Part shown: piece after piece, positions 1 to 7,406 of the stretch
How positions within the stretch are numbered: the first letter of the stretch is position 1
Layout: every line of letters starts with the position of its first letter
Source of the DNA: a virus
Taxonomy: Duplodnaviria; Caudoviricetes
Virus record (IMG/VR): IMGVR_UViG_3300027693_000018
Coordinates: 1-27,739 of that record
DNA: 27,739 nucleotides
Direction: 5' to 3' (one strand)
Notes under the pieces: model-generated
Seen by the model: only the letters and a program-made list of their open reading frames with translations
Databases searched by the model: none
What the model was told of the DNA's origin: nothing
Made by a program: the position numbers and the translations under genes

Positions 1-179
1 CGATGCGCGCCCACTGCGGCGCCTGCGCCGGCCTGATGATGCTGCGGAGTGGCATCGAGGGCCTCTGGTTCGTCTGTCTCCACTGCGGCGAGGAGACACC
101 GCCCCGCCTCACACTCGCCGAGGCGGACGACGATGTGGTGTGGGCGCCAATGCCTGTTCGCAATGGAGAACGTCAATGA
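1..179 (+). CDS. small Zn-ribbon protein, copy 1 (probably 5'-truncated by window edge)
   Basis: Frame from ATG at 3 reads MRAHCGACAGLMMLRSGIEGLWFVCLHCGEETPPRLTLAEADDDVVWAPMPVRNGERQ*, with two CxxC pairs. TGA 177-179 overlaps the methylase ATG (ATGA). Near-identical to 1212..1400. Confidence 0.75.
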   Translation, partial: MRAHCGACAGLMMLRSGIEGLWFVCLHCGEETPPRLTLAEADDDVVWAPMPVRNGERQ

Positions 180-1006
180 TCAAACACCCACCCCTGCGCT
201 ACCACGGCTCGAAATGGCGTCTCGCACCCTGGATCATCAGCCACTTCCCGGCCCATCGCACCTACTGCGAACCGTTCGCGGGTGGCGCTGGCGTCCTGCT
301 CCGCAAGTCACCCTCCGAAGTCGAGATCTACAACGATCTGGACGCCCGAGTCGTGAACTTCTTCCGCGTGGCGCGCGATCACCCGTCTGACCTCATGGTC
401 CAACTCCTGCTCACGCCCTACGCCCGCGCCGAAGCCGTTGCGTGCCGTGAACCGTCCGTCAATCCCATCGAGGACGCCCGCCGCTCCTGCGCGGCCTCGT
501 GGCAACTGTTCGGCGGCGGGCAAGGCCAATGGCACACCGGTTTCCGCGTCCAACGCAGCAACTCCGCCAATTGCACGACCGCCATCTGGCAACGCCTCCC
601 GATGCAACTCCCGGCCGTCGCTGCCCGCCTGCGCCGCGTCCACATCGAGAACCTCGACGCCCTTGAGTGCATCCGCCGCTATGACAGTCCGACAACGCTC
701 TTCTACCTCGACCCGCCCTATCTGCCAGAGCTTCGCAGCGAGTGGCGGACGACCGCCTACCGCCACGAAACCACGCCGGCCGATCACACCCAGCTCGCCA
801 CCGTCCTGCAGCGGATCGCCGGCATGGCGATCATCTCGGGCTATCCATCACGCATCTACGACGACCTATACGCTGGCTGGACCTGCGTTACGACGTCCAC
901 CCGCACCGACCGCGGCGTCTCGGTGACCGAGTCGCTGTGGATCTCGCCGAACGCTACGAATGTCGCCCAGGGTAATTTGTTCCAGCAATCCGAGAGTATG
1001 CCATGA
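176..1006 (+). CDS. D12-class N6-adenine DNA methyltransferase (Dam-like)
   Basis: Motifs RYHGSKWRLA, YCEPFAGGAGV (SAM binding), EIYNDLD and FYLDPPY (catalytic DPPY). Start moved to ATG 176, coupled to the upstream stop. Confidence 0.93.
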   Translation: MIKHPPLRYHGSKWRLAPWIISHFPAHRTYCEPFAGGAGVLLRKSPSEVEIYNDLDARVVNFFRVARDHPSDLMVQLLLTPYARAEAVACREPSVNPIEDARRSCAASWQLFGGGQGQWHTGFRVQRSNSANCTTAIWQRLPMQLPAVAARLRRVHIENLDALECIRRYDSPTTLFYLDPPYLPELRSEWRTTAYRHETTPADHTQLATVLQRIAGMAIISGYPSRIYDDLYAGWTCVTTSTRTDRGVSVTESLWISPNATNVAQGNLFQQSESMP

Positions 1007-1194
1007 CTACCGCCATCGTCCCATCCAGCCCCGCCCCACCCGCTGTAACACTCGTTACAGCCTTTGCCGCGACCGCCGACCTATCCGACGCCGAATACCG
1101 CGCCATCTACGACCGGCTCGCCGACGGCCGCTCCCTGCGCAACATCGAGCTGGCCGTGCGCGTGCGTATCCGGTTCAACATCTATTGGGATTGA
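1003..1194 (+). pseudogene. truncated/chimeric copy of the 1970..2566 DNA-binding protein gene
   Basis: About the first 50 codons match 1970..2566 (TTAI.PS.P.PPAVTLVTAFAATADLSD.EYRAIYDRLADGRSLRNIELA), then diverge abruptly to VRVRIRFNIYWD*. Confidence 0.7.
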
Positions 1195-1211
1195 TAGCGG
1201 TGAGGTAGATC

Positions 1212-1400
1212 ATGCCACCTACGATGCGCGCCCACTGCGGCGCCTGCGCCGGCCTGATGATGCTGCGGAGTGGCATCGAGGGCCTCTGGTTCGTCTGTCT
1301 CCACTGCGGCGAGGAGACACCGCCCCGGCTCACACTTGCCGAAGCCGACGATGATGTTGTGTGGGTTCCGGTGGACTCACCGAAAGGAAAAGTACAATGA
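1212..1400 (+). CDS. small Zn-ribbon protein, copy 2
   Basis: 62 aa, CGAC...CLHC. GAGGT RBS at about 1202-1206. Stop overlaps the next ATG (ATGA 1397-1400). Confidence 0.8.
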   Translation: MPPTMRAHCGACAGLMMLRSGIEGLWFVCLHCGEETPPRLTLAEADDDVVWVPVDSPKGKVQ

Positions 1401-1609
1401 CACCGAATGGACTCATCAAACTGACTGCGGTCGCCAACAACATCGAAGCCTGGAGAGACTGGCAAACAATGGTTCTCGAGGCGCAAAGATACGGGCTGTC
1501 TGATTTGGCGACGCAGTACGAACCCCCGCCGGCTGCGGGCTGGCGCCGGATCGACACATGCCGCAAGCGGCTCATCAAAGCGATGGTGATCGCTGGCTAC
1601 AGAGGTTAG
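1397..1609 (+). CDS. hypothetical protein (70 aa)
   Basis: ATG 1397 coupled to the upstream stop, AGGA upstream. MTPNGLIKLTAVANNIEAWRDWQ... Confidence 0.7.
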   Translation: MTPNGLIKLTAVANNIEAWRDWQTMVLEAQRYGLSDLATQYEPPPAAGWRRIDTCRKRLIKAMVIAGYRG

Positions 1610-1620
1610 GAGACTCGACC

Positions 1621-1965
1621 ATGAAGTGTGATCATACCAACGCTAAATTCGAGATCGTCATCGAACGCTGGACGGACGCCTACATTCGGACCAGCGAGAT
1701 CCATGACGATGTGAACGTCACTCACGACGCGCCAGTAAGCATTAAGATAGGTGTCTCATGTCCTGATTGCGAATCTTACAGACGTTACAACGCCTACTCT
1801 GGCCGATATTGCGAGAAGACGAACCAATCGGGGCTGGCCGCAGTCGATCGCTGGCCGACCTGGCTGCTCAATCGCCTGATCCCGTTGCGCACCCGGAATG
1901 CCGCCGTGCAGGAAGCGTGCCTAGCCTGTGGCGTCCTTCCTGTTGATCATCCTGCGTGGAAGTGA
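1621..1965 (+). CDS. hypothetical Cys-rich protein (114 aa)
   Basis: AGGAG RBS at 1608-1612 then ATG 1621. Contains CxH, CPDC and CLAC motifs. Confidence 0.7.
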   Translation: MKCDHTNAKFEIVIERWTDAYIRTSEIHDDVNVTHDAPVSIKIGVSCPDCESYRRYNAYSGRYCEKTNQSGLAAVDRWPTWLLNRLIPLRTRNAAVQEACLACGVLPVDHPAWK

Positions 1966-1969
1966 TCCC

Positions 1970-2566
1970 ATGTCCACTACCGCCATCATCCCATCCAACC
2001 CCACCCCACCCGCCGTAACACTCGTTACAGCCTTCGCCGCGACCGCCGACCTATCCGACGGCGAATACCGCGCCATCTACGACCGGCTCGCCGACGGCCG
2101 CAGCCTGCGCAACATCGAACTGGCGCTGCACAGTGGCGTCTCCTATGCCTGGTGGGGCAAATACGCCAGCGGCGAAAAGACCCTCGACCTCGACCGCAAA
2201 AACGAGCTGCGGGTCTGGGCCGGCCTCCCGCCCATCCCGCCCACCCCCGCTGCCGCCGTGGCGGCCGCCGCCCACCCCGACGCCGCCGTCTACTATGTCG
2301 GAACGACCGTCGGGACGCAGATCGCCACCCGAGTCGTCATGATCGGCGCCGACGTGCCCGCCGTCAACCTCCGGCTCAACGGCAACTGCACCGTCGTCGA
2401 TTCGCCAGCCCTGCCCTACACCCCTCATGTAACGGGCGTTACGGGGCATAGCAGGCCGCGCAGCACCAAGAGCCTATCCGTGCGCCGTGAAACCTGGCAA
2501 CGCCTCAATTCACGCCGTGTCACCCTCGGTCTCACCTGGGACGAGTTCCTCTGCCAGATCGCCTGA
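1970..2566 (+). CDS. putative DNA-binding regulator (N-terminal HTH-like, C-terminal ribbon-helix-helix-like)
   Basis: RSLRNIELALHSGVSYAWWGKYASGEK resembles a Cro/XRE HTH. KSLSVRRETWQRLNSRRVTLGLTWDEFL resembles an RHH. The paralogous copy at 1003 supports the ATG 1970 start. Confidence 0.6.
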   Translation: MSTTAIIPSNPTPPAVTLVTAFAATADLSDGEYRAIYDRLADGRSLRNIELALHSGVSYAWWGKYASGEKTLDLDRKNELRVWAGLPPIPPTPAAAVAAAAHPDAAVYYVGTTVGTQIATRVVMIGADVPAVNLRLNGNCTVVDSPALPYTPHVTGVTGHSRPRSTKSLSVRRETWQRLNSRRVTLGLTWDEFLCQIA

Positions 2567-2586
2567 TCTCCAATTTCCCCCAACGC

Positions 2587-2620
2587 AAAGCCCCCGGCTT
2601 ATCACCGGGGGCTTTTGCTT
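2587..2620. terminator. intrinsic terminator, likely bidirectional
   Basis: AAAGCCCCCGG-cttatca-CCGGGGGCTTT followed by TGCTT, with T-rich tails on both strands. Confidence 0.85.
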
Positions 2621-2644
2621 AACAGATTGATGAGTTTGCAAACT

Positions 2645-2698
2645 CGTTAGGTTTTGTAAGCTATCTTACTTGACAAACCTAACGATAGGATATACAAT
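2645..2698 (+). promoter_or_regulatory. sigma70-type promoter with overlapping palindromic operator
   Basis: TTGACA (2670-2675), 17-nt spacer, TACAAT (2693-2698). Perfect inverted repeat CGTTAGGTTT (2645-2654) / AAACCTAACG (2675-2684), with inner GTAAG/CTTAC arms. Confidence 0.85.
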
Positions 2699-2745
2699 AG
2701 CAGCATAGTCAGGTAACAAAACACCCACCCAAACAGGAGAACATC

Positions 2746-2937
2746 ATGGAAACCACCAACACGTTGAAAACCAAACTGGCGCTGGAAAAACTGAACCGGG
2801 CGCAGGCGGCAATGAACTACGCACAGATCACCACGAATGATGATCCTCGCATCGAGTTGACCGCCCAATACAATGCACAGATGGCTGCATTGACTCCCAC
2901 CGAACGCGACGCCTTGCTGGATGAGTTGGGCGACTAA
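2746..2937 (+). CDS. hypothetical helical protein (63 aa), moron gene 1
   Basis: AGGAG RBS before ATG, directly downstream of the consensus promoter. Confidence 0.8.
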   Translation: METTNTLKTKLALEKLNRAQAAMNYAQITTNDDPRIELTAQYNAQMAALTPTERDALLDELGD

Positions 2938-3002
2938 ACACACCGAGGCTTTCACTCATCGCCGCCCCGCTGGTCGGGCCAAAGGCCAGCAGGATAAACC
3001 CC

Positions 3003-3452
3003 GTGAAAACATTCCCAAAAATCGACATGAGCGAGTTTGAGGGCATCCGATTCGCCAGTGATGAGGATACCTGGGGCGAATTTGTTTCGGACGTGAAACC
3101 CGGCCTGGAGTTCTACGCCGTAGTCATTTTCAACACCAGCACGGGCAACGAGTTCACCCGTGGGCAATCCGAGCCAGCTCGCAAAAACATGAGCGGCGAA
3201 CGGTGCGTGAATGGTTGGTGCGGTACGACCAGCAACAGCGATGTAACCGCTATCGGCAGATGGCAGATCGTGTCCGCCAATCGGTTCAACGTCGGGAATG
3301 GCAGTCAGTTCAGAATCGAGGCTGTTCCTGTTGAAACTGAAACCGCCAGGGCTGCGGCGGTGCTTGGATCGATGACCTCCGAGCGCAAGGCGATCAGCAG
3401 CGCCGCCAACGGTCGCAAGGGGGGCCGCCCGCGCAAGTTACCTGCGGAATAG
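3003..3452 (+). CDS. hypothetical protein with C-terminal basic AAAxLG...SERKA...[10 protein letters not shown] motif, moron gene 2
   Basis: GTG start with AGGA upstream. The C-terminal AT-hook-like GRP motif is of a type often seen in small phage proteins. Confidence 0.75.
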   Translation: MKTFPKIDMSEFEGIRFASDEDTWGEFVSDVKPGLEFYAVVIFNTSTGNEFTRGQSEPARKNMSGERCVNGWCGTTSNSDVTAIGRWQIVSANRFNVGNGSQFRIEAVPVETETARAAAVLGSMTSERKAISSAANGRKGGRPRKLPAE

Positions 3453-3467
3453 ATTATGTCGATACGT

Positions 3468-3508
3468 CCCAACGCAAAGGGGCGGCCATCACCCGATGAC
3501 CGCCCCCT
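3468..3508 (-). terminator. probable terminator of the minus-strand late operon
   Basis: Hairpin GGGGCGGCCATC-accc-GATGACCGCCCC. On the minus strand it is followed by TTTGCGTT. Lies between convergent genes. Confidence 0.65.
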
Positions 3509-3541
3509 CTCAACCTCAGCCTCAACCTCAGCCTCAACCTC
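3509..3541. repeat. (CTCAAC CTCAGC)n hexamer tandem repeat
   Basis: ctcaac-ctcagc-ctcaac-ctcagc-ctcaac-ctc. The same motif recurs at 12194-12222. Confidence 0.9.
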
Positions 3542-3642
3542 GATATAACTCCCCTTATCTCGCCAGACCTGCCCCCAGGTAAAAGCCGGTGTCCAGATAC
3601 CAAGTCATTGCATTTCCTAAGCCGCCGCAATCAAGCCGTTTA

Positions 3643-5355
3643 CTATGTTAGCGCCCCTATATTTCGCAGGGCTTTAATCGCGTCGCCGAGTGTGTAGCCG
3701 TCAAAGGTACTGTCGTCATTGACTGCGGTGCCGGTGCCGGCGACAAATGTCGGAGCGGCCGTGATGGCGTTAACCGGGCCGACATAGCCTAGCGGCGAGA
3801 GAAAACCCGGCTGCGTGTCGCGCTTGGTTAGGGTTAGATCGCCGTCCGTCACCGTTGCACCGATGGCGCCGCTTTGCGATGGCGGCGAACCTGCCGTATT
3901 GCCCGCGCCCGTAGTGCCCGTGACTTCCCAGACCGAGTAGGGTGAAGATGCAAAGCTGATCCAGGTGCCGACGGCATAGTTTGTTGAGTTAGCGCGCTCT
4001 GCCGCCGCCATGCCGCCCGTCCCGACGCACACCCAACCCATGCGTTCGTTTGCATCGGGGTCTGAGTTGATGATGATCTCGTCTTTATGATAGGTTCCAC
4101 TGGTGGGTTTGGCCGTTGCTGAGAGATTCGCGCGTACCGCGTTCACCCAAGAACAAGCAACACTCCCCAACTCGAAGATGTAATTTGCCGCCTCCAGGCG
4201 CGCGAGCAGAACGGCGGAGTTCAACAAAATTGTGCCGGACGGGACACTCCATTGCCCGCCCGTGATATAGGACAGTCGGATAACATCAGTGTCCGGGAGA
4301 GGACGCGCGTTACCGTAGTAGCCACTTACGTAAAGCACGCGCTCTTTGGTGTTCGCGCCGGTGAACGTCAGCGAATACTGCGCTGCCCCTTCGTAGAGGT
4401 TGAATTCGCAGCCCGTGATCTGGAGCCCGCGATAGCTTTTGATGTTATCGCGGGTGGTGGAGGCGTATAGCTCGACGCCCACGGTCGGTGTATCTGCCTC
4501 GAACAGACACCCGCTAAACAGTGTCGGCCCGGTGAAATAGTCGGTAGTGTTTTCGGCGGAGATCAACACCAGCGATGTCGCATAGTTGGGATCGCCAAAC
4601 ACCGTGAAGAAGCAGCCGTAGAATGCCGCTTGCGCTCCTTGCTCGATTGATAACGGCAGCGAGTAGGAACCTTGCCCGTAGAAACGGCAACCGAAAAAGG
4701 CGATGCCCGTATTTGAGGATGCTAGAATCGTCTCAGTAGCAGACGCCACCGTGAATGACGTATACGCTGCCGAACCATTCAGCTTAATGCCGGTCGCCTG
4801 CGCCGAAAGGAAAAAGGCAACCCCGCCCGCCGCGTTGACGTTCTCAAAGAAACAATCGTGCCAGGATGCGACTTCCGCGGCGATGCTGGCAACTGCCGCT
4901 TGGGTAAAGTTGCCGCGCACATGCATATTGCTAAAACTGTGCCCCGAAGCGTTGCCGTTGTTCAAGCGACTACCGCGCGCCAGCAGCAGGCCCACGGTCG
5001 GCGCATCGTCGCCCGAAACAATGTAAAGATTCTCCACGCGCAGGTTGACGGTGCCCGTAGTGTCAATCCCAACGCCCGTTGTGTTCAGCACGATGCGACT
5101 GGTGAGCGAATTAGCGCCCCGCAGTACGATTTGTTTCGCAAATTGCGAGGTTGTTGACGTGCAGTTCAGCCCGGTAACATCATACGTGCCCGCCGGGAAA
5201 TAGACGACGCCCCCATAGGTGGCTGCCATTGCAGCATTCCAGGCCGCCTGAATCGCCGCCGTGTCATCCGTCGTGCCGTCGCCCGTCGCGCCGTAGTCGA
5301 GTACGTTGTAAATCCCGACGTTGTCATGGTCAAATCCATTATATATAAACGGCAT
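3643..5355 (-). CDS. tailspike / depolymerase-like protein, pectate-lyase-3-type beta-helix
   Basis: YNVLDYGATGDGTTDDTAAIQAA...GGVVYFPAGTY signature and repeated FxGCxF beta-helix rungs. Start set to ATG 5355 (AGGGAGG RBS). Visibly lower GC than the flanks. Confidence 0.8.
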   Translation of the reverse strand: MPFIYNGFDHDNVGIYNVLDYGATGDGTTDDTAAIQAAWNAAMAATYGGVVYFPAGTYDVTGLNCTSTTSQFAKQIVLRGANSLTSRIVLNTTGVGIDTTGTVNLRVENLYIVSGDDAPTVGLLLARGSRLNNGNASGHSFSNMHVRGNFTQAAVASIAAEVASWHDCFFENVNAAGGVAFFLSAQATGIKLNGSAAYTSFTVASATETILASSNTGIAFFGCRFYGQGSYSLPLSIEQGAQAAFYGCFFTVFGDPNYATSLVLISAENTTDYFTGPTLFSGCLFEADTPTVGVELYASTTRDNIKSYRGLQITGCEFNLYEGAAQYSLTFTGANTKERVLYVSGYYGNARPLPDTDVIRLSYITGGQWSVPSGTILLNSAVLLARLEAANYIFELGSVACSWVNAVRANLSATAKPTSGTYHKDEIIINSDPDANERMGWVCVGTGGMAAAERANSTNYAVGTWISFASSPYSVWEVTGTTGAGNTAGSPPSQSGAIGATVTDGDLTLTKRDTQPGFLSPLGYVGPVNAITAAPTFVAGTGTAVNDDSTFDGYTLGDAIKALRNIGALT

Positions 5356-5368
5356 CTGCCCCTCCCTG

Positions 5369-5854
5369 CTATGACCACGCCTCAATTTCGACAACCACGC
5401 CCGCCTGCGCCGACGCCAGGTAGACCGTGCCTGACGCCAGCTTGATCGCCCCGCTGTCGTAGGCCGTGCCGGTGTTGATCGTCAGATAGGGATCGGTGGG
5501 CGTGGCGACCTTGCCGGTTACGAAGGCCAGCCGAATGTCATAGGCCGTCCGGCATTTGAGCGCCACGCGCCGGCACGTCGCCGGCAGCGCCTGGCTGTAT
5601 TCCGTGTTCGCATTGGTCAGCGTTTTGGCGTACAACGTGACCGTCGTCGCCCCGCCGTCGACCTGTACCGGCGTCTGATTCGATGCGATGACGACCGGCA
5701 CCGAAGCGGTCATGACCTGCTGCCCCGCGACCACCGGCACGCTGGCCCCATCCCCGCCCGCGTCCAGCTTGAACCGCTGATAATGATTGCCCCCGACATC
5801 GTCCGTCGCGATGCTGGTCCCGACCCCCGCCGTGATCCCTACGTTGTCCGCCAT
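5369..5854 (-). CDS. minor tail/baseplate-associated protein (161 aa)
   Basis: GGAGG RBS. Lies between the hub-like gene and the tailspike. Beta-rich C-terminal domain. Confidence 0.6.
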   Translation of the reverse strand: MADNVGITAGVGTSIATDDVGGNHYQRFKLDAGGDGASVPVVAGQQVMTASVPVVIASNQTPVQVDGGATTVTLYAKTLTNANTEYSQALPATCRRVALKCRTAYDIRLAFVTGKVATPTDPYLTINTGTAYDSGAIKLASGTVYLASAQAGVVVEIEAWS

Positions 5855-5864
5855 ACGTCCTCCG

Positions 5865-7400
5865 TTAGATTCCTGCGTCCCGCCGCGCCAGCAGCACTTC
5901 GAGCGACGGCCGCGGCAGCTCGGGTGTCACGCTCAGTACATCCGTATCGCAGCTATACGCCGTCTCCGCAATCCGAAAAGTCCGAATCCGGTCCACGTCC
6001 AGGCTCAGCGTCGGCGGCAGATTGCGGATCGTGATGGTGTCCCCGCTGCGCGCCAGCCACAGTGGCCACCGCCCACCCACCGCATCGTACAGCGCCGGGA
6101 TCTGAATGTCCGCCCGCGTCGGCGGGTCCTTGCGGTCTGCCAGATACGCATCCCGCTGCACCCCGGCCTGCGTGCTCGAGGTCGTCGACGCTGCCACCGC
6201 CGCCCGCCGGGTCAGGGCGAACCGGGCAATACTGCCGGCGTCTGTCGTCGTCGCTGTCCGCTGCATCCGATTCGTCGTATCCTGATACACCCCGTAGGCC
6301 GCATTTGCCAGCGTCGCCAGGCTGCGCTCGACATCCAGCGACCCCGTGTCCACATACCAGGCCCGCGCCGCCGCCCCCCGCGCGCGCAAGTGCAGCCGCT
6401 GATTCTCCCAGACCCCGCACTCCCACTGCCGAGGCGGCGTCTGATTATCGCCCAGACCGACCAACCGCGTCAGAATGTCGGCCGGGTACTCATCCGCATA
6501 GACCTCATCAGTCAGGTCCAGCCCCGGCGCTGCAATCAGCGTAGCCGAGGCGCTCAATTGCGTGCTGTTGATCCCGTTGACGTAGCTGGCCAGCGCCGCC
6601 GCAATCGCGTCCACCGTCACCGTGCTCGCTGTCGTGGACAGCACCCGGATGTTCGTGATCTTCAGATACCAGTCGCCGGTCTCCCCGGCATAGGTCACGC
6701 TGGAGAGCGCCTCGAGCTGGAAGTACAGATACTGCGTGTTCGCCCCGCTGATCGTGATCGTCGCCGTCCCGGTCTGGGCGCTGCCGTTGCCCGTCAGCGT
6801 CCACTCGGTTGTCGGCGTGCCGGCGAACGACGTATCGACAGAAATCAACCGGCCCCGGAAATCAGAACTGGCCGTCAGGTCATAGGCGAAGGTCACCCGG
6901 GCGATATTGCGCGCCCCTCGGTGCGGCGCCGCATAGCCCAGCCAGCCGGGCGTCGTGGTCGTATAGGCTTCGCCCTTGTTCGGCGCGATGAACAGCCGAT
7001 TATTGGTGTCCGTCGTCCACTTCTCGGTGCGTGCGCCCGTCCGATCCGCCGGCGTCAACGCCCGCCACGCGGCAACGCTCGTATCGCTCCACAGCGCCGT
7101 ATACGGCACATCGCTCAGCGCCCGCCAATACCCGAAAGCCGTCAGCCTGGCGCCGGGATCCGTGATCGCCACGTCCTCGAGGCGGCCTTCGAAGATCACG
7201 TTAGCCCCATCCGATAACACCACATGCGGCAGGCCCGGCCGATCATATAGGGCGAACGCTTGTGCCAGAGTTAGATCTGCGCTCGCCGTCAATGCTGTAA
7301 ATCCGTGAGCGTTCGTGCTCGCCTGCACGTTGCGCGCCAGACTGGATAGATCGGCGATCAGAACCCCGTTCGGCGCATCGAAAACCGCTAATTGTAACAT
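5865..7400 (-). CDS. baseplate hub / Tal-like minor tail protein
   Basis: Second gene after the tape measure. IFEGRLEDV...LTAFGYW and GDTITIRNL segments are typical of hub proteins. Confidence 0.65.
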   Translation of the reverse strand: MLQLAVFDAPNGVLIADLSSLARNVQASTNAHGFTALTASADLTLAQAFALYDRPGLPHVVLSDGANVIFEGRLEDVAITDPGARLTAFGYWRALSDVPYTALWSDTSVAAWRALTPADRTGARTEKWTTDTNNRLFIAPNKGEAYTTTTPGWLGYAAPHRGARNIARVTFAYDLTASSDFRGRLISVDTSFAGTPTTEWTLTGNGSAQTGTATITISGANTQYLYFQLEALSSVTYAGETGDWYLKITNIRVLSTTASTVTVDAIAAALASYVNGINSTQLSASATLIAAPGLDLTDEVYADEYPADILTRLVGLGDNQTPPRQWECGVWENQRLHLRARGAAARAWYVDTGSLDVERSLATLANAAYGVYQDTTNRMQRTATTTDAGSIARFALTRRAAVAASTTSSTQAGVQRDAYLADRKDPPTRADIQIPALYDAVGGRWPLWLARSGDTITIRNLPPTLSLDVDRIRTFRIAETAYSCDTDVLSVTPELPRPSLEVLLARRDAGI

Positions 7401-7406
7401 GGCATT

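Larger units (their letters stand above)
1..1365 (+). repeat. direct repeat A: 1-144 vs 1222-1365
   Basis: Identical over about the first 106 nt, then six synonymous differences (cgc/cgg, ctc/ctt, gag/gaa, gcg/gcc, gac/gat, gtg/gtt). Confidence 0.95.
1006..2124 (+). repeat. direct repeat B: about 1006-1154 vs about 1976-2124
   Basis: About 150-nt imperfect direct repeat covering the 5' part of the HTH protein gene. Confidence 0.93.

Noticed and set aside
176-1006. Methylase as part of a restriction-modification system
   Set aside because: No recognisable endonuclease nearby. Orphan Dam-like methylases are common in phages, and specificity cannot be read from the sequence.
1044-1059. TGTA-N8-TACA as an NtcA/CRP-family host box
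   Set aside because: Intragenic and not tied to a promoter, and the host is unknown. Kept only as an unassigned palindrome.
1003-2124. Repeat pairs as a diversity-generating retroelement TR/VR
   Set aside because: Mismatches are not confined to adenines, many are synonymous C/T or C/G changes, the repeats lie at gene 5' ends, and there is no reverse transcriptase in the window.
3509-3541. Short repeats as a CRISPR array
   Set aside because: Units are 6-8 nt and contiguous, with no spacers and no cas genes.
3555-3608. 17-codon minus-strand ORF MTWYLDTGFYLGAGLAR after the tailspike
   Set aside because: Too short with only a weak RBS. It cannot be supported without homology data.
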